Shown: positions 35,420 through 48,690, counted from the stretch's first letter. The stretch: DNA of 64,000 nucleotides from Tubulanus polymorphus (GCF_964204645.1 NC_134026.1:5727950-5791949), one strand, 5' to 3'. Translations and numbers: made by a program. Notes: generated from the letters alone by a model not told the origin.

Positions 35420-36427
35420 ATGTCTAAACTCATTGAAAATAGCACGATCAGTGATCTCGTTTATTGGATCGCTGAAATTGAGAATAGGTTTACTCCCAGC
35501 GTTGCGGAAATGCGACCCACTCAGTATTGGTTGACGTTGGTTGTTTTACCCTTGATCGTGTTCGCTGGTCTTCTCGGCAACATGATGACTCTATTGATTA
35601 TGCAAGTCAAACTATTGCGCAGCCGAACTTATTCCGTATATTTCTCCGTTCTTGCTGTAACGGATTCTTTTGTTCTTGTCGGTAGATTATTTTTTTGGTT
35701 GAACTTCTTGTTTAAATGTATGGGATACGGCATTATCATCAAATTTCGCTCGACGACTGTTTGTATCTTGAGCAACTACATAATGCATGTTTTCCAGAAT
35801 ATGTCATCGTGGTTTATTGCAGTCGTTTCCATTGAACGTCTCGCTTGTGTGTCCCATCCATTCTTGACCCGGCGATTAAACCAAGTCGGAACAGCCAGAA
35901 CCATAGCGTTCTTTGTAACCTTGGCTTGTATGCCTTCTGGGTTCATACATTTTTTCAGCATTAGATTTTCGGTATCGCGAAACCTATGCGTCCTGGTACA
36001 TTACAACAACCTGAGTAGCATACTAACGTTTGCTTATTCTTTCATTATATTCTACATCCCAGCGACCATCATTTTTATGGTGAACACGCTTTTACTTTTG
36101 ATTATTCGCCACAGAAAATTTTCGGGTCGTAGAAATCAACAAGCTGAAACAAAAGGTACGAAGGTGAACAGAGTTACCATTATGACTTTAGTTGTAACTT
36201 TTTCATTTCTGTTATCATGCGCGCCTATTTGGATAATACAAAGTTCAGAAATATATAAATTGAATATACCATATATTAAAGTAGTCAGGGACTTGTTTGT
36301 TTTGCTTTACGTCGCTAACTACGGGATCAACTTCTACATTTACGTCGGTACTAGTGCAGAAATAAGATCCGAACTTCAAAAAGGTTTATGCTGTTATGAC
36401 ACCATGGTACGTAGTCGTATGGACTAA
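35420..36427 (+). CDS. Intronless class-A (rhodopsin-like) GPCR, FMRFamide/peptide-receptor-like orphan, 335 aa
   Basis: Seven hydrophobic segments; GLLGN (TM1), LAVTDS (TM2), ECL1/TM3 Cys, SIERL (DRY variant), APIW (TM6), NYGINFYIY (NPxxY variant); N-glycosylation site NST near the N-terminus. Confidence 0.9.
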   Translation: MSKLIENSTISDLVYWIAEIENRFTPSVAEMRPTQYWLTLVVLPLIVFAGLLGNMMTLLIMQVKLLRSRTYSVYFSVLAVTDSFVLVGRLFFWLNFLFKCMGYGIIIKFRSTTVCILSNYIMHVFQNMSSWFIAVVSIERLACVSHPFLTRRLNQVGTARTIAFFVTLACMPSGFIHFFSIRFSVSRNLCVLVHYNNLSSILTFAYSFIIFYIPATIIFMVNTLLLLIIRHRKFSGRRNQQAETKGTKVNRVTIMTLVVTFSFLLSCAPIWIIQSSEIYKLNIPYIKVVRDLFVLLYVANYGINFYIYVGTSAEIRSELQKGLCCYDTMVRSRMD

Positions 36428-36516
36428 CCAAGAGATTTAATGCTGATAAATGAAACGACAGTAAACATTGAACACCAAAGGGATTAGTATGGCCAGACCA
36501 CCGATACTACGTATAG

Positions 36517-37061
36517 GCGCGTTCACACTATTTCAAGTTTGACGTACTTGGAACGTACCCAATTCTAAGAATGGACCAAATCAGAGTGCCTATTCACACA
36601 CGCATTGCTGAATTAGCTACAGATAGTTATTACTGGTCCCGCAAGATGTCGCCATGAGTGTTTTACCCCGAAATTATATCTAAACGATATATTCTCGAGC
36701 CCTGGCTGTTTGTTATCTGTCATCTATTAAACAGATTTTGATGACTGCAGTTTATCTACATCTGGACTCATCATTCTATGGCAAGTTCCAAGACATTTCA
36801 AAACAATTGAAACGGCTACCCTCGAGCAGCACAAGCAAGATTTTAAGATGAATATAGCTAGGTTCACATACACCATTTAAAGCCTTCTAATTCGTTATAC
36901 ATTGTATGTATAGGCCTACATTAATTTTAGGCAATATAGAAATAACATGAAATTTGATACTATATTCATCAGTTTGATGATGAATTAGTGACCAGTTTAT
37001 TACAATTATGAATTCGTAGAAACTAGTTCAGATCATTCTAAATAATAGCAGTGTGAACGCT
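36517..37061. mobile_element. Old MITE-like element with GCGTTCACAC termini (PIF/Harbinger-like)
   Basis: GCGTTCACACTATT at ~36519 and GCAGTGTGAACGC ending ~37060 are inverted repeats; internal TTCACAC repeats. Confidence 0.35.
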
Positions 37062-37837
37062 TTTGAAACAAAGATAAAGCAGGGGAAATATTGCGGGAAT
37101 TTTAGAATATAGGAAACTGAAAAACTTGAAATGTGAAATGTTGGATGTTGGCAAAAGTTTATGAATTGACAAAAACATATATCGTAACTGGTGCTTGGCC
37201 TTCTTGTGCTGTGCTGTGGTGAATGAATTCGACTATACTTAAACTTAAACTTTTACCAATATCTATCGGAGCTTTGTGAAGGATATTCCGATTATATTGC
37301 GGAAGAAGAATGCTTGGAGATGAATTCAGCTGAGCTGAAAACATAAGAAAAAGTGAAAATTAATATCCCCTTAAAGCATATTCTACGTTTACATGTAGTA
37401 TATATTCTCGTTGAAATCATAAACCCTAAAACGAAGAGAGTTTTGGTGTCCATGATGAAATACGTAATAGTCTACTGACAATTCAGGTAGGCCTCAATTG
37501 GCGATTACCGCTTGACAGCTTCAAGTCTTCTAGAGTAATTTCTTGGCTCGTTAGCGCCCGTTCTCATTTGCCAGCTTGTTAGTTACACTTATATGATTCA
37601 TATCACGAGCGATGGAAACTTAGGATGGATCTTAATCAAATGATAATTTCATCGTCAGGTATTAATTGCTTTTCTCCAACTTGTGAAGCTTCAATTTTCG
37701 ACGCCTTATCTGTTAACGTTGCACGCTATCAAGGATAATCACCCAAAATAATTGTGAATCAAGATCTTGGCGATTTTCTTTTTTTATTACTAAAAACGAA
37801 CAATTCTTACAAAAATAGATATGACCTATACACTGAT

Positions 37838-39073
37838 TTATTTCTGGTGGTAGTAATAGTTATTTCTCACTATACAGGTATTGGCCTTTCGTTTATTTTC
37901 AATCTTTGAAAATTTGCTCATAGCGCTAAAATAGTCTAACGACAGCTCATCGGCCCACGAAGCGCCCGCTAACTTATCCATGAATCCGCAGTGGCCTCCG
38001 GTGTCTGTTAGAGCCAGTATCAAATTCGGATAAACACTGAACAAATCGTAAGCTATATTTTTCTCCGATGATATAGGATCATCGGAACTATTTATGCACA
38101 ACAGCGGCGTAGATATATCGTCTGCATCGCGAAGAGGGTTGTTATTTTCCCAGTATTCCTCCACGCTAGAATACTTGTGCATATCTTTCATTAGCTTGTG
38201 TTCGGCGTTGTACAAATTGGTTTTCAACCAAGCGGATCGCTTTTTGCTGATATGTTTTCCTAACGCCGGCACCAAACGTAACAGCCATAGTTTTAATTTG
38301 ATTTCTATCAGCCACTTGTAAGGCCGCGATATTCCAATACTGTACAATTGTTGACTGTCGAAAGCAGCCGAGATGGCCACCGTGGCCGTCATTCTAGAAG
38401 AAGACCCGTATTCTCCCAGATACGACAACAGGATGTTCGAACCGAGGCCGTAACTGATCGCGAACAATTTGGCATCCGGATAAAGATATTGCACGAACGT
38501 TGTCAACTGTCGAAAGTCGGTCGGATCTCCGGCTGGTTTGATAAACGGCGTCGTAAACGGACAGCCCGTCGTTCCTCGACGATGGAAAACCAGCGGGCGG
38601 TAACCGCGTTTGTTCGCTGTTTTGCAGTATTTACTGACGCTGAGCGAATCGGCAAACAAACCCGGTATAACTATAACAACGCTGGATGATTCTTGTAGCG
38701 ATCTGGATCCTATATACCAGTCTATGGATACAATTCCGCCATCTTTCATTTGTAGAAATTGCCGATTAAACTGCGCTGATGAGTGCGCAAGCGGCCTTCC
38801 GGCCAACAGATACGTCAAAATCGTCTGCACGTGACCGTTGCGTAACCAACATGGCGGCGAAAATGGTCTCTCCAGACGAGGACAAGTTTTTATGACGAAT
38901 CGAGATAAAGTTGAATTCCGATAGAATAGAGTCGGTGTTGTCGACCTGCCGGATACAAAAAATCGCTTTATGTAAATCCAAACGGACAATAACACAGTTG
39001 TAAATATCGTAACCATTGTTGTGGTGGAGACGTTACCGGGATACAGGATCATAGCGGTCGTAAAAATCTTCAT
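37838..39073 (-). CDS. ABHD15: ABHD15-like alpha/beta hydrolase-fold protein, 411 aa, single coding exon
   Basis: N-terminal TM anchor, WLRNGHVQT, DGGIVSIDW, LFAISYGLGSNILLSYLGEYGSSS (ABHD15-type AVSEGSG...LSYLGECGSSS), YWENNNPLRDADDI, DDP, GGHCGF. Minus-strand acceptor TTTGTAG ends 39089. Confidence 0.88.
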   Translation of the reverse strand: MKIFTTAMILYPGNVSTTTMVTIFTTVLLSVWIYIKRFFVSGRSTTPTLFYRNSTLSRFVIKTCPRLERPFSPPCWLRNGHVQTILTYLLAGRPLAHSSAQFNRQFLQMKDGGIVSIDWYIGSRSLQESSSVVIVIPGLFADSLSVSKYCKTANKRGYRPLVFHRRGTTGCPFTTPFIKPAGDPTDFRQLTTFVQYLYPDAKLFAISYGLGSNILLSYLGEYGSSSRMTATVAISAAFDSQQLYSIGISRPYKWLIEIKLKLWLLRLVPALGKHISKKRSAWLKTNLYNAEHKLMKDMHKYSSVEEYWENNNPLRDADDISTPLLCINSSDDPISSEKNIAYDLFSVYPNLILALTDTGGHCGFMDKLAGASWADELSLDYFSAMSKFSKIENKRKANTCIVRNNYYYHQK

Positions 39074-40004
39074 TCTTCACATGATCACCTACAAACAGAT
39101 AAAATCAATTCATGGATTAAACGCTGAATAGTAAATGGAGTCAAAAAGACGCTCGAGCTCTTTATAAGAACCTACAGTAAACTGCTAGATCCCATGAGTT
39201 TTGCGCACAAGATAAGTCGACCCTCTTTCAGAGCCGTGAGATAGATATATCTGACTCTCTTTTACTCCAAAAATAGATAATGTTTAATCCACCTAATTAA
39301 CTTCCAAGGTTGTGGGTTTATTTTAAACGTCTAAAACGTTAGCTTAGTCAAATTTCAACCTCATACCGTGGAACAGACTGATAATTGTTAGGTGTTCATT
39401 TCTAAGATCGAAGAAAAATTGTTCTGTCCGATTGCATATACAGAAAAACACTTGCTATCGGGCGAATGTTAACAAACGGCGCTAGTAACCTCGAAATTCC
39501 AACCACCCCTGAACATCTCCTAATCTATACCTTGCTCAATATTATCTCGATTATGAATCAGCTTGGCGATTTATTGCTTAAAGAATGATTTCATCTGCCG
39601 CAAAACTGATGCAGACGTTCATTTATAATTCATGGTATTTCATTTTGGATATACGAATAGGAAATATCTCGGAAGTAATCGATGGACAACGGTCTATCAT
39701 CGTCAGGACGTCATTGGAAATGTCCGTTTCTATGACACAACTAAGACAGAAAACATGCAGCACGATACATGGTGGATTCTTCAAGCCAGAACGATACTTG
39801 GCGTGACAGATTTCGTCCGAGTAGACATGCGAAATAAATCAACCACTGTTCCTAAGATTATTGTAGGATGAGACATAACTACCCGTGTCATGAAAACAAG
39901 TCCAACAATTTTTGTAGAAATATCTCTTATCAAGAAAACACAATTTCGGATTATAATTATCTAATCCGACATCCACTTTGACGATAGCTGGGATAACAAT
40001 AAAC

Positions 40005-40330
40005 ACGGAAACTATGTAAGAGTTTATTGATGCCTTGAAGAAAAATAAAATTGCTAAATATCATCGACAGTGAATGATATGATATCAATATCCAGTATCA
40101 ATAAAGTTATTTTGAATATGAACATATCGATGATTATATTAACCGGCAACCAGTCTAGCCCCAATATTGATGACGCACATCTACTCAATATAATCATGAA
40201 ATAAATCAAATTACGAAATTAACGCCAAAACTCACAATTGTGATTGTCATTTTGAAATGCCAATATTGATGACGTAGTGCACATCGACTCACACAGAACC
40301 CAACGCACAGTAGTTATCAATGTATAAACA
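40005..40330 (+). repeat. Dispersed repeat family A, copy 4
   Basis: GTTTATTGATGCCTTGAA, AACCGGCAACCAGTCTAGCCCC, ATATTGATGACGTAGTGCACATCGACTCACACAGAACCC. Confidence 0.8.
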
Positions 40331-41510
40331 TTTTTTGTATATGAAAATATGGAGTATGGGCGGCGGACATCGATAAGTACCCTCTTATCATTACGGATTA
40401 AGCGAAGCTGGTGTATCTCTAATGGTGTACACACCATCGGCTCGAGCATCTGCAATAACTAAATTACAACGGACGAGATAGAGAAAGCGAAGAGAATGGA
40501 AGCCTCGGCGAATATCAAATTCATTCAATCGTCGGGTGAATGCAGGTGTTTCCCGGTTCATTTTCTCCCACGGTTCTCGACGGTTCAATGGATGGGAAAT
40601 TATCACCGCGTCACGGCAAACAGATTAAGCTCTGCTCAATCAGTATAGTTGAAAAGTCAAAGTTATTTTCAATTCTCGTTCAATATACATGTATCTGTAA
40701 TTGCGGCGATAGCGAAAGAAATCAATTCATTCCATCTCGCAGGAATAGGATAATTAAAATCGAAAATTGAAAATGCAAATTAATCCGATGGTTTACGAAA
40801 TTCGATATTACCGTAGAGTAATACCGTAGACTCTATGTCGTATCCGGTCACCTCGAATAATTTCCTGACAATTCTTATGAAATACATATATGGCAAAAAT
40901 CTATCGGTCCCATAAGGGTGTAGGGTAGTTTAATTTTGTTGGCTTGGAAGCAGAGTTATTCCAATTTTTTGGAATCGCCAGCCAAAAAATACTATGACAA
41001 AAAGTATCCGTGACTGATTGCTGAGCTGACTCGAATTCTAGTCCAACTAATCTCAGATAACGCGAAGGTGTCTGGCCTCAGCGACGGGTAATTCGCCCGT
41101 ATTGATGAGACGCTCGGCAGTTTTTTTAAAGCGTGCGCTATTTGTAACGAAAGCGAGCTGCTGCGGTGATGAGAAGATAGAGTTAAATGAGTTTTAACGA
41201 TCCTTCTGCGACGATGTTTTATACCATCATCGTTCCATCTTTGACCTTTAATTTCGACAATGAAATCAGCGTCTAAATAGTTACCGCGAGGTATCACTAG
41301 TCGCCATGATCAGTCAGTGAGCAGGAACGCTAATCGTATTTCAGAAGGCCTGGGAGGATTTCGGAAGTGCATTTGTTTGAAATATTTTGTTTGACGTTTT
41401 ACGAAGTCGACAAATAGAATTATATCTGGCTTATAAAGGAGCGCGTACGTCGACTTGGTACTGCTTGCAATGTGGTGCGATCGAACTGGTCACATACGGA
41501 GACTATTTAC

Positions 41511-41955
41511 TAGGATTAGGATTAGGATTTTATTTACACTCCAACCATTTCTATGGTCAATGGAGGGAGACTTATACAAAGTATACAATATCTACAATTA
41601 ACAGAAAGTATAAACTTGTTTTGATAAAATATAACAAAGTTATTAACAATATATACATACACTATTTACAACATACTAATTATTGGAGGGATCTATATAC
41701 ATCTAAGCCTTTTTTAATGAATTTTGCAAGGTGGATTGTAGGATTTTTTAGAATATCAAGATTGCCAAAAGAGTTCAGATTCAAAATATTTTCACGGATT
41801 TCATTCAGTAGGTTGCAGTTAAAAATGAAATGCAATTCATCACCTAAAACATAACAAGCCGAACATAATCTATCATTTCTATCTAACGGAAGATTTGATA
41901 ATTTATTTACAGGCAAGAGATAAGACCCAATTCTAAATTCGAATAAACTTTTTAT
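41511..41955 (-). mobile_element. 5'-truncated non-LTR retrotransposon (LINE) 3' end
   Basis: Minus frame ...FIEFRIGSYLLPVN...DRLCSACYVLGDELHFIFNC...IR: C-terminal CCHC zinc finger typical of LINE ORF2. It is followed by a 3'UTR, AATAAA and a tandem-repeat tail (AATCCT)3 at 41511-41529. Confidence 0.8.
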
Positions 41956-42019
41956 TACGTAACGATCGCAACGCCCTCTCGTGCTTTATTGTGCCAAATC
42001 TGATATAAATTTGAATAAC

Positions 42020-42850
42020 AAGGAAACTAACTTAAAAGGTTATCGACGCCTTGAAAAATAAGACATATATTGAATTGAATTGCCCGCGAACCAGTCTGGC
42101 CCCGATATATTGATGATGTAGTGCACATCTAAATCCTCTCAAAAAATAACCAACACAATGAAATCAGAGTTATGAAATAAAATCAATTACAAAAATATAG
42201 CTGCAAAGCAGCGATAACGGGTTTTCTGGATGCATGTGATCGAAAGGAAAAATTAATTACCGGGTATTCGATGGAAAAAATAAAATGAGATGATTTGGAT
42301 ATTATCAGAGCAATCCTCTTTTTGGTTGAATGGTCTAACCCCAGTATAGTCCCCGTGATTTGGAAATTCTCGGAGCCCTCCTTTATTTACTTACTAAATG
42401 ACGTCACAAACTGTTATTTCGCCGGTGCTTATTGTCTAACAATTCAATTCAATTCTTTATTTACAGTAACCTAATAAGTAATTTTAAGTTTCAAATAGGA
42501 TGGAAAGTACATTCAGACAATCTGTTGGTTCAGAGAGACCGTTATTACAGTATCAATTTATACATTTCGTTTCGAAGCTGTCAGTTGCCGAATCTGAATG
42601 AAGATGAATTTTATTTGACGAAATCGGCGGAAAATATATAATAATAATAATAATCAACAGAATTTCAAGAGGGTTTTCGACGAAAGTCAGAAAACCCTAA
42701 TAAAACCCAACATTCGAAATTGAATTGTTATTTTGGAACGCAAATATCGATGACGTACGGCACATCGACTCATACAGAACCCCTTCAATAACGCGTACTA
42801 GGTATCAATGCATATAAATATTACTGTAACGGTTTTTACGGCGTCAGAAA
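42020..42850 (+). repeat. Dispersed repeat family A, copy 5, split into 42020-42192 and 42704-42850 by an insertion
   Basis: 5' half TTATCGACGCCTTGAAAAATAA...AACCAGTCTGGCCCC...TGATGATGTAGTGCACATC; 3' half TGACGTACGGCACATCGACTCATACAGAACCCC...TGTAACGGTTTTTACGGCGT. Confidence 0.7.
42193..42703. mobile_element. Non-autonomous Helentron/HINE-like insertion
   Basis: Interrupts repeat A. Starts AATATAGCTGCAAAGCAGC and ends with an (AAT)n run and terminal hairpin AGGGTTTTC-GAC-GAAA-GTC-A-GAAAACCCT (42670-42698). No coding capacity. Confidence 0.45.
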
Positions 42851-43171
42851 AGTTGAATTGGTTATCAACGCACTGCCCATTGATCGCTAGTTGGCGCGTA
42901 GCTAGTCCATAAGTCGCAAGAGCTGCTTATGTCGGTTAAAACTACTTCTTGCGCCTGGGGAGAGAAGATCGCGTTGCAGAAAGTAGAACATGTACCATTA
43001 CTGGCTTGCGTTAATAAGGTTGTAGTTATTGTACGGTAATTGATAGACGTGATCGGCGAAAGTGAATGATCAAGACGGCAAATCAAAGGCGTAGAGTCGA
43101 ATCAAACACTACAATCCGTGTTAACTGTTGATGAATTAACGAGTCCCACAAAAGAATTTTATAGGAAAAAT

Positions 43172-43228
43172 TTTATTGAAATCAAACCACAACGTTTCGG
43201 CTGTTGATTTACAACTATTATCAGATGG
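43172..43228 (-). repeat. Degenerate Penelope-type hammerhead motif remnant
   Basis: Minus strand CTGATAAT-AGTTGT-aaatca-ACAGCC-GAAACGTTG followed by AATAAA. Confidence 0.35.
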
Positions 43229-46200
43229 AAGGACCAGAAACAGAATTATCAAAGCATATAAACTCACACGACGTTAACAGAACCGTAGAAACCACAATAT
43301 TCAAAACAGCTAAGAATTATCAAGTTAAGAAAATAACATTGTAGGACTTCTCCATTCACCTTACGGAGGTAGTTTGAGGTGTGTTCACGTCCGGCAAATA
43401 CAAAAAAATGATTTACAATTGGTACCGAAGCCATAGACCTCGCAGATTCCATCATATAAAAAAACCACAGAGCACTTGCTTTTTACGTTAAATTGGAGTT
43501 CGTCTACAAGGCTGAACGCGGTTTTCTATAAGCGTCCTCATTTTCTAAGGTCTAGTCGGAATTATTCGTCTGTGGCACTGATATCCACTTGAGCTGACCG
43601 ACAACGAATAATGACATCGCGTACACCTTTCAGTTTGCGAGACTTGATCGGCACCACAGGCAATTTAGAGACATGAAGTCTCTCGGGCATTAGCGATGGA
43701 AAGCCTTATCACCGCAATTATATAGGCACATTTTACCAGGAAACACAGTGACAAAGACTCAATTTTCGCTGAATGGTACAAATACACAAAAAGACTGTTC
43801 GTTCGTTCTTTAGTTTCAGTTGATTTTTCTGACACTTTTGAAAAATGAACGGAACCTTGATAAAACCCGTAGCCTACGTACATCTTGGCCGATAACCTAA
43901 CGTTTTATATTAAATGGTTTTAACAGCTGAGGAAAACAAGAATAATCGCTAAGGATATAGTGGAAGAATGAAAAAAAAAAACGACGAGTAAATAGGGGAC
44001 GTTGGATCGTTTGAGAGATTGCTTCTTTTGGTGACTATCCTGTCAAGTCACTCGATAAGGGAAAACTACCAAAGTCATAACACAAGCGTTAACAAACAAC
44101 GCCTCGGGTGGCCTGGCTGACCAGATAATGACGTTTTTCAAGATACATGTACATCAGACGTCAATTTCCTCTACACTGCCGAGATGAAAATGCACCTTGG
44201 ATGGAAATTGTTCTTGCGTCACCCATTCATGTCTCGGACAGGTTAGCTAATGATCCTACAAAACTTTTTATATCTGCCCGACATTCCATTATAATGACTT
44301 CACTAATAAGTGTTTACCTTAACTTACCACTTTCGCTAGACTTGCCACTTTAGATAAGGAATTAATTCAATGGATATAGTTTGAAGAGGTGTAGAGGATG
44401 GGCTATAGAGGGCAGCACCTAATACTGTCTGTTTGGTTAACCTAATTCGATCAATTTACAACTCCCTCAATTCCTTTTGATCTTCGTTTCAGACGGAAAA
44501 TTAAACAGGATTTCAATGATTTATGTATCGAATCGAGTGTCTTTTTCTCTATCTGTGTCTCGTTCGGATAGACATTGTTGACTTCATTTGAATAATTTTT
44601 CATAGTTACTTTTCGTCGCGTTACATGCAGCCGAATCTCTTGTAATGGGTTTACTGCACTGGATAACGCGATGAGTTGACGCTGACGCTTCCATTTCCAG
44701 GAAATAGCTCTCAGAACTTGTGTAAATTTGTGTGATTTACGTTCGTTGACACGTATTAAATTCGAACCGGCCACAGACACGTCGTTCGATTCGCAGTGGA
44801 TTGAAATGATAAGCTCCACTTATCAAAGAGATTCGTGGTTTCTGTTCTCTCGTACGGAGGAGAAAGTCAAAGATACTGCTGTCGGCTAAGGAACTCTGCC
44901 CCGGGTTCGAGCCCACAAGACCAATGAGACATTCTATTCCGGCGTTATCGGTAATCATTTCAAACGACACCACTACGTGTAGATTTAATGACGGATGCAA
45001 TTTACACTCGAAAATTATACAAATCAATCAAACATGATACACCTAAAATGAATGACGTAAGCCGGTAACATACATGATACTAATTTCCTTGAAATGCTTT
45101 ACCAGATGACAGTGATGAAGTGAAAACTGAAACGTTAATGCGAAATAACTATGGCAACAGTGACACATTACGTAATTCCCGATAACTACTCTCGAAAAAG
45201 GGGTGTCCCTAGTCTTTAGACCCCCTTACCCTAAGACATAAAACCCTCTTAGGTTTTTAGGTCGTACCCGTATAAAACTTAGTAAACCTAGCCTCAAACA
45301 ACTCTTCTTAAATGTACACCAAATTATCGTAGGTAATCGATATTCAACGGATATGTTTGTATCATTTTGCCATCTTCATTGTCCTGATAAGTACACCTCA
45401 TAAGTTTTAGGTCTTGTGTCTAGAGGGTATTAGATTTAGTGAGAACCAAGTGTAATGCATAAGTACTAAACCTAAGATCCATTTACCTAAGACCCCTAAA
45501 TACCTCCTCTCAGACGAATACACCAAAAGGAAAGGATCAACGATTGAACCAGGTATCTATGGATCGGGGGTTTGAGATTTAAATATTACAGGTGAGTGGG
45601 CCTTCTTATTATATGGCGTTTAGAATATGCGTTGGATGTTGTTGGAAATTTCTGCTAATTAGATTCCAGGCATCGACGATACTGACGTCGAGAACCCCAA
45701 AGATCATTGAAACTGGGAATTGAAAGACTTCACACTCATTCGACGCACAAACTGCGAATGCGTCAATGCTGCGATATTCTGACGACGCTATAGTTGTTGC
45801 GCTGACGCAAAAACGTAATTCCGTTGAAATATCAGACATACATACACACGGAAACTCAGCCTTCCACATGAGCGCTCCTTATTGAGGTGCACTGACATCG
45901 TCAAATGATATCATACCAGTTGATTATCGCTGTATTTCGAGATGGATGTATTGAAAACATGCGTTCTCGTGGTCGTCCGTTGCCATTAGAGAAATTATAC
46001 GGTCCTATTGATGCCGACACGATTCAAAATCACAAGATGAATAACACCTCGATCGTGATGCAACTGAATTGGCTTCCATTACGAGAAGAGCCGGCTTTTC
46101 AGGGACTGAAAAATCTGCCATATAATTTCTCTTTGAACGCAATGAACCTTTGCTCTATATCATATTTCTGTTGGTGTTAATTCAAACGCACCTAGAGAAC

Positions 46201-47238
46201 TCCAACCATTTTTTACATTCGAGCGAGTACCCTGGTATACCAAATCAAGGTTTTTCGATTTCCCAGCCTACGGGCTCGCTTTTCCGACCATAAATCTATC
46301 AAATCTAATCTAACCTCTTGAGTGAATTTGATTAAAACCATCACGTCCGCTTCTAAAATATCCATTAACGTTGGCATTACGAGTCTCGGTGAAAATCTTG
46401 CTGAATTCTTTCGCGCGTCACAGCAGGCGATGGCAAGCACGGGGAGACCCCAGGGAGAGGTCAAATCAAATATAATTCCCGGAGGAGCGTCCGTCTTGTT
46501 CGTGATATTTACATGTTTATCTTTTGAATATTGGATTAGTATAGTATCAACTAACGCATGAAGTACGTGTAAGATCGCAAGGCGAGTCACGAAACATTTC
46601 GTCGGAGAAAAAGAGCCAGCAGCTTTCTTATTTACAGATTCTGCAACACAATGACCACAGACATATCCTTCGCTTCCTCAGCGAGACGCTTGACGAATTA
46701 ATCTGATATATGTATGCATATATGTATACGTATTTACGTGTCTTTGATGGTTCCTGAGCATGTTCATCGGACGTGTTTCAGGATGAAGAGCCTAAATCAG
46801 CCTTCGATGATCAAAGCAAATCCTATTCAATATATTATAACGCATATTGTATTTCAGCCTATGGTGTCAAAATGAAACCGTTTTGTTTGAATCTAGTTGG
46901 GATTTTTCTCTCATATAACATGCCCACAACCGCGCACATTAGATACGCAAAGACCTGTGCGAGCAAATGGCCATTTTTATGGAAATCAAATCTATAAAGA
47001 TCAACGGAGTCATCTGTACAGTCGTAGAGAGAATCTTCAAACTGCGCAATGCAACCGTTACGACGAAGAGTTGATGCACGTAAAATGATCCTGCGTGGCT
47101 TATATCGCTAATTCTATTTAGATATTTTACTATAACTTTTTATAAATCCAGTTTCGGCTTTTTCTTAGTTGCCTTGGTGATGGGCATTTTTCATTTTGGT
47201 CGTCACATCACAATGATCAATGGTGAAGTAGATGATAC

Positions 47239-47351
47239 AACGAGAATCCGACAATAAAGACGAAAAAAAAAGTCCGAAAATTTCCGAAACTAACAGCTCA
47301 AGGAAACATTTTCGGACTTTATTTCGTCGTCTTTATTGTCGGATTCTCGTT
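47239..47351. repeat. 113-bp hairpin / MITE
   Basis: AACGAGAATCCGACAATAAAGACGA...AAGTCCGAAAAT pairs with ATTTTCGGACTT...TCGTCTTTATTGTCGGATTCTCGTT. Confidence 0.8.
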
Positions 47352-48387
47352 ATATTATCGCCACAACACGGATATAGTGTCTTATGAATGCTGAGGTAGA
47401 TGCACTTCATTTCAACTTCGCAACGAAAACTAGACAATTCATCTTCAGCGATATTCATACGTGGGTTAGATGTTTGTTGTTGCAGGGTGACAAAAGAATT
47501 GAAAGCAAATATTGCGCCTAGCACTGAGGTATACAGCGTTGCATTTATGCTAATCTTTTGCCTGAATGATAAGGACTGTTTTCCTACTCGGTACTGTCAC
47601 GGACCGCGTGATGCGTTACGGGGCAAGTTTTAGAGGTATCATTCGTGATACAATGAATTTCGCTATGTTCTTCGCCGGTGGTTCGAAAATTAGGACTCCT
47701 TTTATCCAGGGAGATTGCTCGAGGACAACACGACAACCATCTAAACCTAAAGACACAGGCAGTAATTCTACCACAATCCGAGACTTTATAATTCACTGCA
47801 GAATATTTCCAACGCAAAATAATACAAAGATCCTTGTACCTTATTGTTTCGTTTATACCTACCTTACACCAAATAAGATTCATTAAAAAATGTAAATTTT
47901 GTGACTTTATGATGCACGCGACCTTGACCTGATTTACGATGACAAAAATCTAACTTGAAGCGAAGCAAGCGCTCCGTGTTGACAACTGAACAACATAAAT
48001 TCCATATTTTGCGAATTTCTTCGCGAATTTGAAATATTAGCAGAGAAGCAGCATGTTTGAAATCGAATTTCGTGTCACGCATTGAATCTGATTTTAGGCG
48101 CGCATGTAGAACAGTGACGTCATTAGTACGTGCATGCGAGCGTCGGATAACATTTTGCCGCGTGTGTCTATTTTTCAAACGGATAGGATGTTAATTATTT
48201 CGCCCCGCAACAGCTCGAGAATTAATACAGATTAAAACGCATGAACACAACAGATAAACCAGTTATATGAAGCTTTTACGATTCATTTTACTTTGCAAGC
48301 GATTTAATACATCAAGTAACGCAGCTGCATGTTGGAAAATGTAGTTAATTATAGACACAGCACGAATCCGTGCCTATTCTATTGGGG

Positions 48388-48690
48388 GTTTCCGGATGAA
48401 TCTAACCTTCTAATTCTAGTAACACCCATCTCGACGTTTCTTTACTTTTTCAGAATTAGGCGTCATATTTCTGTGCGACAGTTTTTGACACAAGTTCACA
48501 ATGCCAATATTCGCATCTAGTTCCCACGAAATTGGTACGAGTTTCCGGATGAATGTAACCTTCTGATTCTGGTAACACCCATCTCGACTATGAGTTTCTT
48601 TACTTTTTCATTACACGCATCATATTCCTGCGCAATATTTTTGACACGAATTCTCATTGCCAATATTCTCGTCCAGTTCTCACGAGAAAT
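48388..48690 (+). repeat. Diverged tandem duplication of a ~153-bp unit
   Basis: GTTTCCGGATGAAT(C/G)TAACCTTCT...TAACACCCATCTCGAC...TTTCTTTACTTTTTCA...TTTTTGACAC...TGCCAATATTC at 48388 and 48541. Confidence 0.8.

Noticed and set aside
41387-41854. 155-aa plus-strand ORF
   Set aside because: Antisense to the LINE fragment and runs through its tandem-repeat tail.
45609-46590. ORFs of 79-125 aa on both strands
   Set aside because: Mostly non-ATG starts, no motifs and no linked exon structure.
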